Source: Parcubacteria group bacterium GW2011_GWA2_51_10 (lineage in GTDB: Bacteria > Patescibacteriota > Minisyncoccia > Phycocordibacterales > UBA2100). Taken from it: a stretch of 51,460 nt of DNA. The position numbers and the translations under genes are program-made. The stretch lies in assembly GCA_001004265.1 (NCBI GenBank), contig LCQS01000004.1, positions 1-51,460 on the forward strand, given 5' to 3'. Each line of letters starts with the position of its first letter. Positions within the stretch are counted from its first letter, which is position 1. The notes below the pieces were generated by a model. That model was not told where the DNA came from. It saw only the letters and a list, made by a program, of their open reading frames with translations, and did not search any database. This document shows, piece by piece, positions 35,985-43,594 of the stretch.

Positions 35985-36034
35985 AACGTCTATGACGCTA
36001 GCGTACGCGGCCGCGCTAGCTAGCGTCATACGTT
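35985..36034. repeat. 50-nt palindrome with a GCGGCCGC core after argH
   Basis: TATGACGCTAGC (35991-36002) pairs with GCTAGCGTCATA (36019-36030), plus flanking AACG/CGTT. Confidence 0.75.
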
Positions 36035-36051
36035 AAATGAGGTAATGGAAC

Positions 36052-36513
36052 ATGGACAACAACAAATTCATTGTGCCCGGTCTGATTCTCGCGCTCGCGC
36101 TTGCCGCGCTCGGTGCCGTGCTCTACATGAGCGGCAAAGAAGCTCGTGAGGGAGTGGAACCGCCTTTGGAAGATGCACCGCCAGAGGATCGCGGCTTGAT
36201 CGAAACGCGCATTGATCAAGGAGCGTCGACGCTCGGCATCAAGATTGTGCCCGTCGAGGTGTTGGAAGATAGCCGCTGTCCATCCGATGTGCAATGCATT
36301 CAAGCGGGGACGGTGCGGGTGCGCGCGCTCGTGTCGAACGGCGAAACCGAGGGAGAAAACTTCGCCTCATACACATTCGTGCCCGGAGAGTCTTTGCAGA
36401 TAGGGGATCGCGTCGTTTCGCTGCTTGCCGTATATCCGGAGCCGCACGCGGGCGAGCAGATTGAGGAAAATAATTACCGCTTCATATTCGAGATAAAAAG
36501 AACTACGCGGTGA
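36052..36513 (+). CDS. Hypothetical membrane-anchored exported protein
   Basis: N-terminal TM segment and an EDSRCPSDVQCIQAG motif. Confidence 0.5.
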   Translation: MDNNKFIVPGLILALALAALGAVLYMSGKEAREGVEPPLEDAPPEDRGLIETRIDQGASTLGIKIVPVEVLEDSRCPSDVQCIQAGTVRVRALVSNGETEGENFASYTFVPGESLQIGDRVVSLLAVYPEPHAGEQIEENNYRFIFEIKRTTR

Positions 36514-36538
36514 GAAATTCACATTCCGACCGGCGCAG

Positions 36539-37198
36539 TTGTGGATAGAATTTTCTGCGCTTATTGATATCATTCATTTTGTGAATACATACAAGAAAGT
36601 ACTAACGGTTATTTTCCTCGCGGTCTGGATCTGGTCGGCACTGCGCCCGACAGAAATGCAGAACTGGCTACTGGAGAACATTCTCGTTTTTCTGTTCGTC
36701 CCCGTTCTCCTTGTCATGATATATACGTTCAAAATCTCCAATCTTTCGTATTCCTTGATCATCGCGTTTATGATCATGCATATTATCGGCGCTTCGTACA
36801 CCTACAATCAGGCGCCGCTCGGATACGCAATCGGAAGGTGGTTCGCATCAACGAGGAACGTCTACGATTTGTTTGTGCATCTCTCATTCGGTTTGCTATT
36901 CTTTTATCCGATACGCGAGGTTTGCATGCAGATGCTGAAAACAAAAATTTTCTGGAGCTATTTTCTGCCGTTCACGATAATCCTCGCGGCTTCGTCGCTC
37001 TATGAAGTGGCGGAGTGGCTCATTGCCATCAACGTGAGTCCCGGCGCCGCGGAATCATTCATTGGAGCACAGGGTGATTTCTGGGACACGCAAAAGGATA
37101 TGGCGGCAGCGGCGGTAGGCGCACTGCTTGCGAATGCGATTCTACACATCAAATACATGTTTAAGCCGCTGCCTGCCAGCGCGGAAGTCGTTGTCTAA
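36539..37198 (+). CDS. DUF2238 (YjdF-like) inner membrane protein
   Basis: HIIGASYTY...RN.YD..VH..FGLL..YPIRE pattern. Start uncertain (TTG 36539 or GTG 36581). Confidence 0.6.
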   Translation: MWIEFSALIDIIHFVNTYKKVLTVIFLAVWIWSALRPTEMQNWLLENILVFLFVPVLLVMIYTFKISNLSYSLIIAFMIMHIIGASYTYNQAPLGYAIGRWFASTRNVYDLFVHLSFGLLFFYPIREVCMQMLKTKIFWSYFLPFTIILAASSLYEVAEWLIAINVSPGAAESFIGAQGDFWDTQKDMAAAAVGALLANAILHIKYMFKPLPASAEVVV

Positions 37199-37204
37199 TT
37201 GGCC

Positions 37205-37363
37205 ATGAAATATGAAGAAGACAGGCGGGGTTCGAAAATAATCCTCATTCTTATACTTGTAGTTGTTATCTATCTCGCTTTTTTCAATTTCGACATACGG
37301 GCCGCATTTGATGCCGCCGTTGCCGCCGACAAGGAATTTTTTAACCTACTATTTGGACGCTGA
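37205..37363 (+). CDS. Possible 52-aa single-TM protein
   Basis: ATG 37205, KIILILILVVVIYLAFF hydrophobic core; below the track cutoff. Confidence 0.3.
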   Translation: MKYEEDRRGSKIILILILVVVIYLAFFNFDIRAAFDAAVAADKEFFNLLFGR

Positions 37364-37386
37364 AGTTTCGCGCAATTGGTGATGCC

Positions 37387-37418
37387 GCTCTAGTTGCTTA
37401 GCCCTAGAAGCTCGCAGC
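37387..37418. repeat. CTAG-rich repeat block between convergent genes
   Basis: gctctagttgcttagccctagaagctcgcagc, the same sequence class as 23172.. and 40925.. Confidence 0.45.
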
Positions 37419-37423
37419 AATTC

Positions 37424-37660
37424 TTAGAGCTTGCCGAGTTCTTTCAAATCGTGATCCGGAAGGTACAGCAAGAGAAGTCCGATGATGAGCCACGGCACTG
37501 CGGTAAGCACATGATTGCCGCTGAAGACGTATAAATCTATGCCATCGAGGATGTACCACATGCTGCGCCAGACGATGACGAGCCCGAGCACCACGGCGAG
37601 ATTGTCGCTGAAATAGCGCAACAAATGCCGATGGGGGACTGGATTATTACTGCCTTCCAT
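37424..37660 (-). CDS. Small two-TM membrane protein
   Basis: 78-aa ORF with TGGTATTAT 7 nt upstream of the ATG. Confidence 0.45.
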   Translation of the reverse strand: MEGSNNPVPHRHLLRYFSDNLAVVLGLVIVWRSMWYILDGIDLYVFSGNHVLTAVPWLIIGLLLLYLPDHDLKELGKL

Positions 37661-37667
37661 TGCCGCG

Positions 37668-37673
37668 ATAATA
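37668..37673 (-). promoter_or_regulatory. Extended -10 TGGTATTAT, 7 nt upstream of ATG 37660
   Basis: Minus-strand read tggTATTATcgcggcaATG; no SD. Confidence 0.4.
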
Positions 37674-37744
37674 CCATGAAAAAAACCGGGGCGACTTCAA
37701 TTTCAACAACAAAACATGGCGTGATATCATCGGCGGGCGTGATC

Positions 37745-37816
37745 GCCGGAGTAGTTCAGTGGCAGAACGTTTCCATGGTAAGGAAAAGGTCGGGAGTCCG
37801 ATTCTCCCCTCCGGCT
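37745..37816 (+). tRNA. tRNA-Thr (anticodon GGT)
   Basis: Acceptor GCCGGAG/CTCCGGC, anticodon loop ATGGTAA, T-arm GGGAG-TCCGATT-CTCCC. Confidence 0.9.
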
Positions 37817-37913
37817 CAAGTTTCAAAGCAAGAGGGATTTCGTCGCCGGAAATTCGCGGTGCACCGCATTTTTATCGCTTGACGGAGAATAAAACGTATA
37901 TACAATAGTATAT

Positions 37914-38186
37914 ATGATATATAAAGAGAGAGAAACAACGAAAGTATCCAGATGGGGCAATTCCCTCGGCATACGTTTGCCGGCGCGGAGTGCGGCACGT
38001 GCCGGTATTTCAGATGACACGATTCTAACGGTCGAATCAAATGCGGATGCGGTGACATTGCGGCCGATACGCGAACGCAAGAAATCTCGCACACTCAAAG
38101 CTCTTCTCAAGCATGTTCGTCCGATACGCGATAGAGAAGCGGTCGAGTGGCTTGCGATGAGGCCCGTCGGAAAAGAGATATGGTAA
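37914..38186 (+). CDS. mazE: AbrB/MazE-family antitoxin
   Basis: VSRWGNSLGIRLP SpoVT/AbrB swapped-hairpin motif. Its stop overlaps the mazF ATG. Confidence 0.7.
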   Translation: MIYKERETTKVSRWGNSLGIRLPARSAARAGISDDTILTVESNADAVTLRPIRERKKSRTLKALLKHVRPIRDREAVEWLAMRPVGKEIW

Positions 38187-38530
38187 GTCGGGTAAAAACT
38201 ATTCCTCCCGATCGCGGCGATATCATGTGGATTACGTTGGACCCTACACGTGGTCATGAACAAGCCGGAAGACGTCCGGCGGTTGTTCTTTCAAAAAGGG
38301 AATTCAATCGGGCATGTGGGATTGCGCTCATTATCCCCATCACTTCGAAGCACAAGGGCTATTCAAATGAGGTACCGATTGCCACAAAAAAGATCAAGGG
38401 CTCGGCACTTACATCCCATCTTCGTGCAATTGATTGGAAATCTCGACACGCAGAATTCATAGATACGTGCCCGCGCGAAGCGCTGCGCGAAATTCAGGAT
38501 ATGTGCGCGGTATATATTTCAGGTGAGTGA
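38180..38530 (+). CDS. mazF: MazF/PemK-family endoribonuclease toxin
   Basis: P.RGDI.W..LDPT.GHEQAGRRPA.VLS...N......IPITS motif. Confidence 0.85.
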   Translation: MVSRVKTIPPDRGDIMWITLDPTRGHEQAGRRPAVVLSKREFNRACGIALIIPITSKHKGYSNEVPIATKKIKGSALTSHLRAIDWKSRHAEFIDTCPREALREIQDMCAVYISGE

Positions 38531-38616
38531 TGAATAAACACCTCCTATTGCAATTATAAAGTCAACCGACTCGAAATAGTTGGTAGCGATTAGCGGATAG
38601 TTTATAGTGCATACAC

Positions 38617-38680
38617 GCCGGAGTAGCCCCGACGTAAAGTCGGGGTCCCGACCAAAAGCGTCGGGACTCAGTGAGCCGGT
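38617..38680 (+). repeat. Tandem twin hairpins closed by an outer stem, upstream of tRNA-Thr(CGT)
   Basis: GCCGG..CCCCGAC-gtaaa-GTCGGGG TCCCGAC-caaaagc-GTCGGGA..CCGGT. The first 10 nt GCCGGAGTAG equal the 5' end of tRNA-Thr(GGT). Confidence 0.55.
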
Positions 38681-38684
38681 CGAT

Positions 38685-38757
38685 GCCGAAGTAGCTCAGT
38701 TGGTAGAGCAATCGCTTCGTAAGCGATGGGTCGGCGGTTCGAATCCGCCCTTCGGCT
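38685..38757 (+). tRNA. tRNA-Thr (anticodon CGT)
   Basis: Acceptor GCCGAAG/CTTCGGC, anticodon loop TTCGTAA, T-arm GGCGG-TTCGAAT-CCGCC. Confidence 0.9.
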
Positions 38758-38758
38758 C

Positions 38759-38789
38759 AAAAAACAGGGGCGGCACGCGAGTGCCGCCC
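38759..38789 (-). terminator. Rho-independent terminator of the DUF1328 gene
   Basis: On the minus strand GGGCGGCAC-tcgc-GTGCCGCCC followed by TGTTTTT. Confidence 0.65.
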
Positions 38790-38797
38790 TCGGGTCG

Positions 38798-39016
38798 CTA
38801 CTGCGTCGGCTCATCATCGGGGTGCGTTGGTAAAAAAGGGTCATTCAATCCCATGGCACGACCAACAAACTTGATAAGGCCTACGATGAACGCCAGCACC
38901 AGAAACACGAAGAACAGGATCACCCCTATCTTCGCGGTGCCGGCAGCGAATCCCCCGAAGCCGAAAAACGCAGCAACCACTGATATCGCAAAGAACAAAG
39001 CAGCGAGGTACAACAT
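38798..39016 (-). CDS. DUF1328 (UPF0391/YtjA-like) small membrane protein
   Basis: AAFFGFGGFAAGTAKIGVILFFVFLVLAF motif. AAGGAG lies 6 nt upstream of ATG 39016. Confidence 0.7.
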   Translation of the reverse strand: MLYLAALFFAISVVAAFFGFGGFAAGTAKIGVILFFVFLVLAFIVGLIKFVGRAMGLNDPFLPTHPDDEPTQ

Positions 39017-39087
39017 TGCCGTCTCCTTTAAAGTGAGCTGCGCGGTCATGTTATCGCCAGATGCTTTAATTAGCAATTTGCGAGCGG

Positions 39088-39093
39088 TATACT
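39088..39093 (+). promoter_or_regulatory. -10-like GGTATACT, 6 nt upstream of the prfB ATG
   Basis: cggTATACTtgcaaaATG; no SD. Confidence 0.45.
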
Positions 39094-39099
39094 TGCAAA

Positions 39100-39984
39100 A
39101 TGCAAAAAAGTGAAATAGAAGAAAGAATCAAACAAATAGAAACACAGATGAGCGCGGTGGATTTTTGGAGCGATAAGGAAAAGGCACAGCGAATACTCAA
39201 GGAATATCAAGAGTTGAAGCAAAAACTCTCCGGGGGAGATTCTTACGACAAAAGCGATGCGATTATTTCCATCACCTCTGGCGCGGGAGGAGACGATGCG
39301 GAAGATTTTTCGCGCATGCTTTTTGAGATGTATGGAAAATATGCGGCGTCGAAAAATTGGCGGACATCACTGCTATCGGAAAACCGAAATACGATGGGCG
39401 GGTATCGTAGCATCGCATTTGAAATCTCCGGCTCTGGTTCCTATGGCACATTGAAAAACGAAGCAGGCGTTCATCGCCTTGTTCGTATGTCTCCTTTTAA
39501 TGCGGCAGGCAAGCGGCAGACGTCTTTTACTATGGTCGAAGTCTTGCCGAAACTTCCGGACACGGGAGAGTTGCACATTCCGGAAAGTGAACTTGAGATT
39601 TCTGTCGCGCGCTCTGGCGGCCCGGGCGGGCAAAATGTGAACAAGCGCGACACGGCGGTGCGAATGACGCACAAACCGACTGGAATTAGTGTGCACGTCA
39701 CGTCTGAGCGCGGACAGCTACAAAATCGCGAGAAAGCGCTCGAAATGATTCGCGGCAAGCTCTTTGCGATGAGAGAAAAAGAGCGGGAGCAAGAAGAACG
39801 AGGCCTCTCTGTCGCGGCGACGACGAAAATAGAATGGGGCAGCCAAATTCGCTCGTACGTTCTGCATCCATATCAACTTGTGAAGGATCATCGGACGAAT
39901 ATCGAAATCCGAGATGTGGAGAGCGTTCTAAATGGAAAGCTTGATCTGTTTATTACTGCGGAAAAAGAGATGCCTGCCCCGTAG
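39100..39984 (+). CDS. prfB: Peptide chain release factor 2, short form (294 aa), single frame
   Basis: SPF tripeptide and GGQ motif ([11 protein letters not shown]). No CTT-TGA frameshift site. The N-terminal helical domain is ~70 aa shorter than in E. coli RF2. Confidence 0.85.
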   Translation: MQKSEIEERIKQIETQMSAVDFWSDKEKAQRILKEYQELKQKLSGGDSYDKSDAIISITSGAGGDDAEDFSRMLFEMYGKYAASKNWRTSLLSENRNTMGGYRSIAFEISGSGSYGTLKNEAGVHRLVRMSPFNAAGKRQTSFTMVEVLPKLPDTGELHIPESELEISVARSGGPGGQNVNKRDTAVRMTHKPTGISVHVTSERGQLQNREKALEMIRGKLFAMREKEREQEERGLSVAATTKIEWGSQIRSYVLHPYQLVKDHRTNIEIRDVESVLNGKLDLFITAEKEMPAP

Positions 39985-40010
39985 CCAACGCGAAGCGTTG
40001 TGGTATCGGG

Positions 40011-40091
40011 GTTGAAAGCGTATTGAACGGAGAGATTGATCCATTTATCTCTGCGGAGAAAAATTTGGGCGATAGAAAGGGTACGGTATAA
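40011..40091 (+). pseudogene. Out-of-frame relic copy of the prfB 3' end
   Basis: Encodes VESVLNGEIDPFISAEKNLG, against the genuine C-terminus [20 protein letters not shown]. Confidence 0.55.
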
Positions 40092-40139
40092 TAGCGTTCG
40101 TATGCACGCGCGTCCCGCATTTTGTATTTCTACATTTCA

Positions 40140-40166
40140 TACGCTATACGCTATACGCTATACGCC
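40140..40166 (+). repeat. Heptamer tandem repeat TACGCTA x ~3.8 in the ftsE 5' region
   Basis: tacgcta tacgcta tacgcta tacgcc, 13 nt upstream of ATG 40179. Confidence 0.75.
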
Positions 40167-40178
40167 ACACTTTTCCCT

Positions 40179-40859
40179 ATGATTTACTACGACAAAGTTA
40201 CAAAAATTTACGAAGACGGCGCGCATGCTGTCGAAGACATTACGCTCGGAATAGATGCGGGAGAATTCGTCTCAATCGTGGGGCACTCTGGGGCGGGGAA
40301 AACGACGCTCCTCAAGATGCTGTTTGCGGAGGTTCGGCCCACAGAGGGCTCTATTTTTTTTGGCTCGCGTGATATCGGATCACTGTCAAATCAGGAACTT
40401 CTTCGCATGCGCCGCAATATCGGCACTATTTTCCAGGATTTCCGGCTTATCCCGACAAAAACTGTCTACGAAAACATCGCCTTTGCGCTCGAAGTGGCAG
40501 GCAAGAGCGACGAGGATATAAAAGCCGATGTGCCGCACGTCCTCGAGCTCGTGGGGCTTTTTCATAAGATATGGAATTTTCCCAATCAGCTCTCCGGCGG
40601 GGAGCAGCAGCGCGTCGCGATCGCGCGCGCGATCGTCAATCAGCCCGATGTACTCATAGCAGACGAGCCGACAGGGAATCTCGATCCCATCAACGCGCAC
40701 GATGTCGTCGAAATCCTCAAAAAAATTAATGACCTTGGGACGACGGTGCTGCTTGCAACGCACAATAAGTCTATTGTTGACACGGTGAAGCGTCGCGTGG
40801 TGACGATGGATCAGGGTAGTATCATCCGCGATGATAAGAGTGGGAAGTATGTGTTATGA
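40179..40859 (+). CDS. ftsE: Cell-division ABC ATPase FtsE
   Basis: Walker A GHSGAGKTT, LSGGEQQR signature, Walker B LIADEPT. The track start 40122 is a TTG inside the repeat. Confidence 0.9.
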   Translation: MIYYDKVTKIYEDGAHAVEDITLGIDAGEFVSIVGHSGAGKTTLLKMLFAEVRPTEGSIFFGSRDIGSLSNQELLRMRRNIGTIFQDFRLIPTKTVYENIAFALEVAGKSDEDIKADVPHVLELVGLFHKIWNFPNQLSGGEQQRVAIARAIVNQPDVLIADEPTGNLDPINAHDVVEILKKINDLGTTVLLATHNKSIVDTVKRRVVTMDQGSIIRDDKSGKYVL

Positions 40860-40890
40860 AATCAATAAGCCCAGCTTATATGATTTCAAA

Positions 40891-40914
40891 CATCCTGAGC
40901 GTAGCGAAGGATAA
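40891..40914 (+). repeat. CTGAGCG..AGCGAAGGA motif copy
   Basis: catcctgagcgtagcgaaggataa. Related strings lie at 47553..47590 and 3768..3806. Confidence 0.5.
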
Positions 40915-40924
40915 CTTATGACAA

Positions 40925-41019
40925 CTTCTAGCTGCGAGCTTCTGGCTTCTAGGGGAGCGGCCATCAACAACTGTTATAATTCTTATGCCCTAGTCCCTAG
41001 CAGCTAGTCCCTAGAAGCT
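40925..41019. repeat. Pair of CTAG-rich 7-nt-period repeat blocks ending at the ftsX ATG
   Basis: Left arm cttctag ctgcgag cttctgg cttctag ggg; right arm gccctag tccctag cagctag tccctag aagct. Complementary pairs are CTAGCTGC/GCAGCTAG and CTTCTAGGG/CCCTAGAAG. Confidence 0.75.
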
Positions 41020-41943
41020 ATGTCATTGTGGATCAACATCAAGCGAGTCGCGCGATACGGCTTCATCGGTTTTATTCGCAACGGCTTTGTTTCTCTTTCG
41101 GCGGTTCTCATAATGACCATCACGCTCTTTGTTGTGGCGACGATCTTGATATCTGGCGCCGCTCTCAACGAGACGCTGCAGAATCTGAAGGCGAGAGTAG
41201 ATGTGAGTGTCTACTTTACGACGAATGCAACAGCAGAGCAGATCGAAGACATAAAAAAAATGCTCGAGGGCCAACCGGAAGTTGCTTCGGTAACATATCT
41301 CGATCGCGAATCGGCGCTCGCGCGGTTCCGCGAGCGCCACAAGAGTGATCAGCGCATCTTACAAGCGCTCGATGAACTCGACGAAAATCCGCTCGGCGCG
41401 TCGCTCGAGGTGCGTGCGAAAGAAGTCTCGCAGTATGAGGCAATCGCTAAATTTCTCGAAGCGCAGCAGGAAAAAAGTGCAACAACCGGCATCGACAATG
41501 TGAATTTCTATCAGAATAAGACCGCGATTGATCGGCTCACGAGCATCATCGAAACATCGAATCGCGTCGGCATAGCTCTCGCGCTTATTCTCGGCCTTGC
41601 ATCAGTGCTCATCTCATTCAATACGATACGGCTTGCGATCTACACATCGCGAAATGAAATCGGAGTCATGAATATCGTCGGCGCGGGAAGATGGTACGTG
41701 CGCGGGCCGTTCGTCATCGCGGGAATTCTCTACGGGCTCGTTAGCGGTCTCATTGTTCTTGTCCTTTTGTATCCATTCACCCTCTACTTCGGACCGGCAT
41801 CGCAGCGTTTCTTGGGCGAATTTAATGTATTTACATACTACGCGAGCAATTTCGCACTCCTCTTTCTCGTCGTTATGGGCGGCGGGATAGCCCTCGGTGC
41901 CCTTTCAAGTTATTTGGCAGTGAGACGATATCTTCGCACCTGA
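41020..41943 (+). CDS. ftsX: Cell-division permease-like protein FtsX
   Basis: N-terminal TM segment, periplasmic domain, three C-terminal TM segments, downstream of ftsE. Confidence 0.8.
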   Translation: MSLWINIKRVARYGFIGFIRNGFVSLSAVLIMTITLFVVATILISGAALNETLQNLKARVDVSVYFTTNATAEQIEDIKKMLEGQPEVASVTYLDRESALARFRERHKSDQRILQALDELDENPLGASLEVRAKEVSQYEAIAKFLEAQQEKSATTGIDNVNFYQNKTAIDRLTSIIETSNRVGIALALILGLASVLISFNTIRLAIYTSRNEIGVMNIVGAGRWYVRGPFVIAGILYGLVSGLIVLVLLYPFTLYFGPASQRFLGEFNVFTYYASNFALLFLVVMGGGIALGALSSYLAVRRYLRT

Positions 41944-41944
41944 T

Positions 41945-43591
41945 ATGGGGCTGAATTCCCATAAATATATTTTCGTCGTTGGCGGCGTGATGTCCGGCGT
42001 TGGGAAGGGCATTACAACTGCTTCCATCGGGAAAATTCTTTCGGCGCGGGGATTGACGCTGAATCTCATGAAAATTGATCCATATCTCAACGTGGATGCG
42101 GGCACGATGAATCCCACCGAGCACGGAGAAGTATTCGTGCTCGATTCCGGCTTGGAAACCGATCAGGATATGGGAAATTACGAGCGTTTTCTCGAACGCG
42201 ATCTTGGCCCGGAGGATTACATGACAAGCGGCATGGTCTATCGCTCCGTCATCGAGCGCGAGCGCAACCTCGGGTATGGAGGAAAATTCGTCGAAACGAT
42301 TCCGCATGTTCGCGACGAAATAGTCGCGCGCCTGAAACTCGCCGCTGAGAAAAGCGGCTCTACCGTATCGGTCATAGAAATCGGCGGGACGATAGGGGAT
42401 TTCCAGAATGAGCTCTATATCGATGCGGGCCGCGTCATGCGCCTCATGCATCCGGAGGATGTGCTCTTTGTAATGGTTTCGTACCTGCCTGTTCCCGGCA
42501 CGATCGGCGAGATGAAAACGAAGCCGACGCAGAATGCGGTGCGCCAGCTCAACTCGTACGGCGTACAGCCCGACGTCATTGTCGCGCGTTCGACGCACGC
42601 GCTCGATGCGAAGCGGAAAGAGAAACTCGCTATTTGGTGCAATGTCGAGTCTGACAGCATTATCTCTGCGCCGGACGTCGGATCTATTTATGACGTGCCC
42701 TTAAATTTCGAGCGTGACAAACTCTCCGACATTCTTTTGCAGAAGCTTGGACTTACGCCTGTACAGGAAGAGGATTTGAGGACGTGGCGCGAATTTGCCT
42801 CGCGTGCGCACAACGGCGGAGAGGAAGTGCGGATCGGTATCGTGGGCAAATACTTCGACACGGGCGATTTCGTTCTCTCGGATGCGTATATATCGGTAAT
42901 TGAAGCGATAAAGTTCTCAAGTTACGCACTCGGCAAGAAACTGCATATCGAGTGGCTGAATGCAAAAAGTTATCAGCAGAATCCGGACACGGTATCCGAG
43001 CTTGCAAATTATGACGGCGTACTTGTGCCCGGCGGATTCGGAGAAACCGGCGTTGAGGGGAAAATCGCGGCGATCAAATTCGCGCGCGAGAATAAAATCC
43101 CGTATTTCGGACTCTGCTACGGAATGCAGCTCGCGACTGTGGAATATGCGCGAAATGTTGCGGGGCTTTCCGGCGCTCACACCACTGAAATAGATGCCAA
43201 TACGCCGCATCCTGTCATCGCAATTCTTCCAGAACAAGTAGAAAAAATGAAACAAAAAGCATACGGCGGCACGATGCGCCTCGGTGCATATCCATGTGAA
43301 TTACAAGAGGGGACAATTGCCCGCGAGGCGTATTTGAAAGATTCGATCTCCGAGCGTCATCGCCACCGCTATGAGGTCAATCCTGAATATATCGAGCGAC
43401 TCGAGAAGGCGGGCCTCGTATTTTCCGGCCGCTCGCCCGATGGACGCCTCATGGAAATTGCAGAATTACCTAGGAGCGAACATCCATTCTTCCTCGGTAC
43501 GCAATTCCATCCGGAATTCCGCGCACGTCCGCTCTCCCCGCATCCGCTATTTACCGCATTCATAAAAGCCGCCTCCGAGCGCGCAGCTTGA
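41945..43591 (+). CDS. pyrG: CTP synthase
   Basis: GGVMSGVGKG, DPYLNVDAGTM, and a glutamine amidotransferase domain (GLCYGMQ...HRHRYE). Confidence 0.95.
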   Translation: MGLNSHKYIFVVGGVMSGVGKGITTASIGKILSARGLTLNLMKIDPYLNVDAGTMNPTEHGEVFVLDSGLETDQDMGNYERFLERDLGPEDYMTSGMVYRSVIERERNLGYGGKFVETIPHVRDEIVARLKLAAEKSGSTVSVIEIGGTIGDFQNELYIDAGRVMRLMHPEDVLFVMVSYLPVPGTIGEMKTKPTQNAVRQLNSYGVQPDVIVARSTHALDAKRKEKLAIWCNVESDSIISAPDVGSIYDVPLNFERDKLSDILLQKLGLTPVQEEDLRTWREFASRAHNGGEEVRIGIVGKYFDTGDFVLSDAYISVIEAIKFSSYALGKKLHIEWLNAKSYQQNPDTVSELANYDGVLVPGGFGETGVEGKIAAIKFARENKIPYFGLCYGMQLATVEYARNVAGLSGAHTTEIDANTPHPVIAILPEQVEKMKQKAYGGTMRLGAYPCELQEGTIAREAYLKDSISERHRHRYEVNPEYIERLEKAGLVFSGRSPDGRLMEIAELPRSEHPFFLGTQFHPEFRARPLSPHPLFTAFIKAASERAA

Positions 43592-43594
43592 GAC

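Noticed and set aside
39016-39100. Upstream exon or +1 frameshift site of prfB
   Set aside because: No CTT-TGA-type site exists, and the 84-nt gap to the divergent DUF1328 gene cannot encode the missing N-terminal segment.
38607-39113. 168-aa plus-strand ORF (GTG start)
   Set aside because: It runs through tRNA-Thr(CGT), a terminator hairpin and the antisense of the DUF1328 gene, so it is not credible as coding.
41873-42598. 241-aa minus-strand ORF
   Set aside because: It is antisense to pyrG and the ftsX 3' end, with no motifs.
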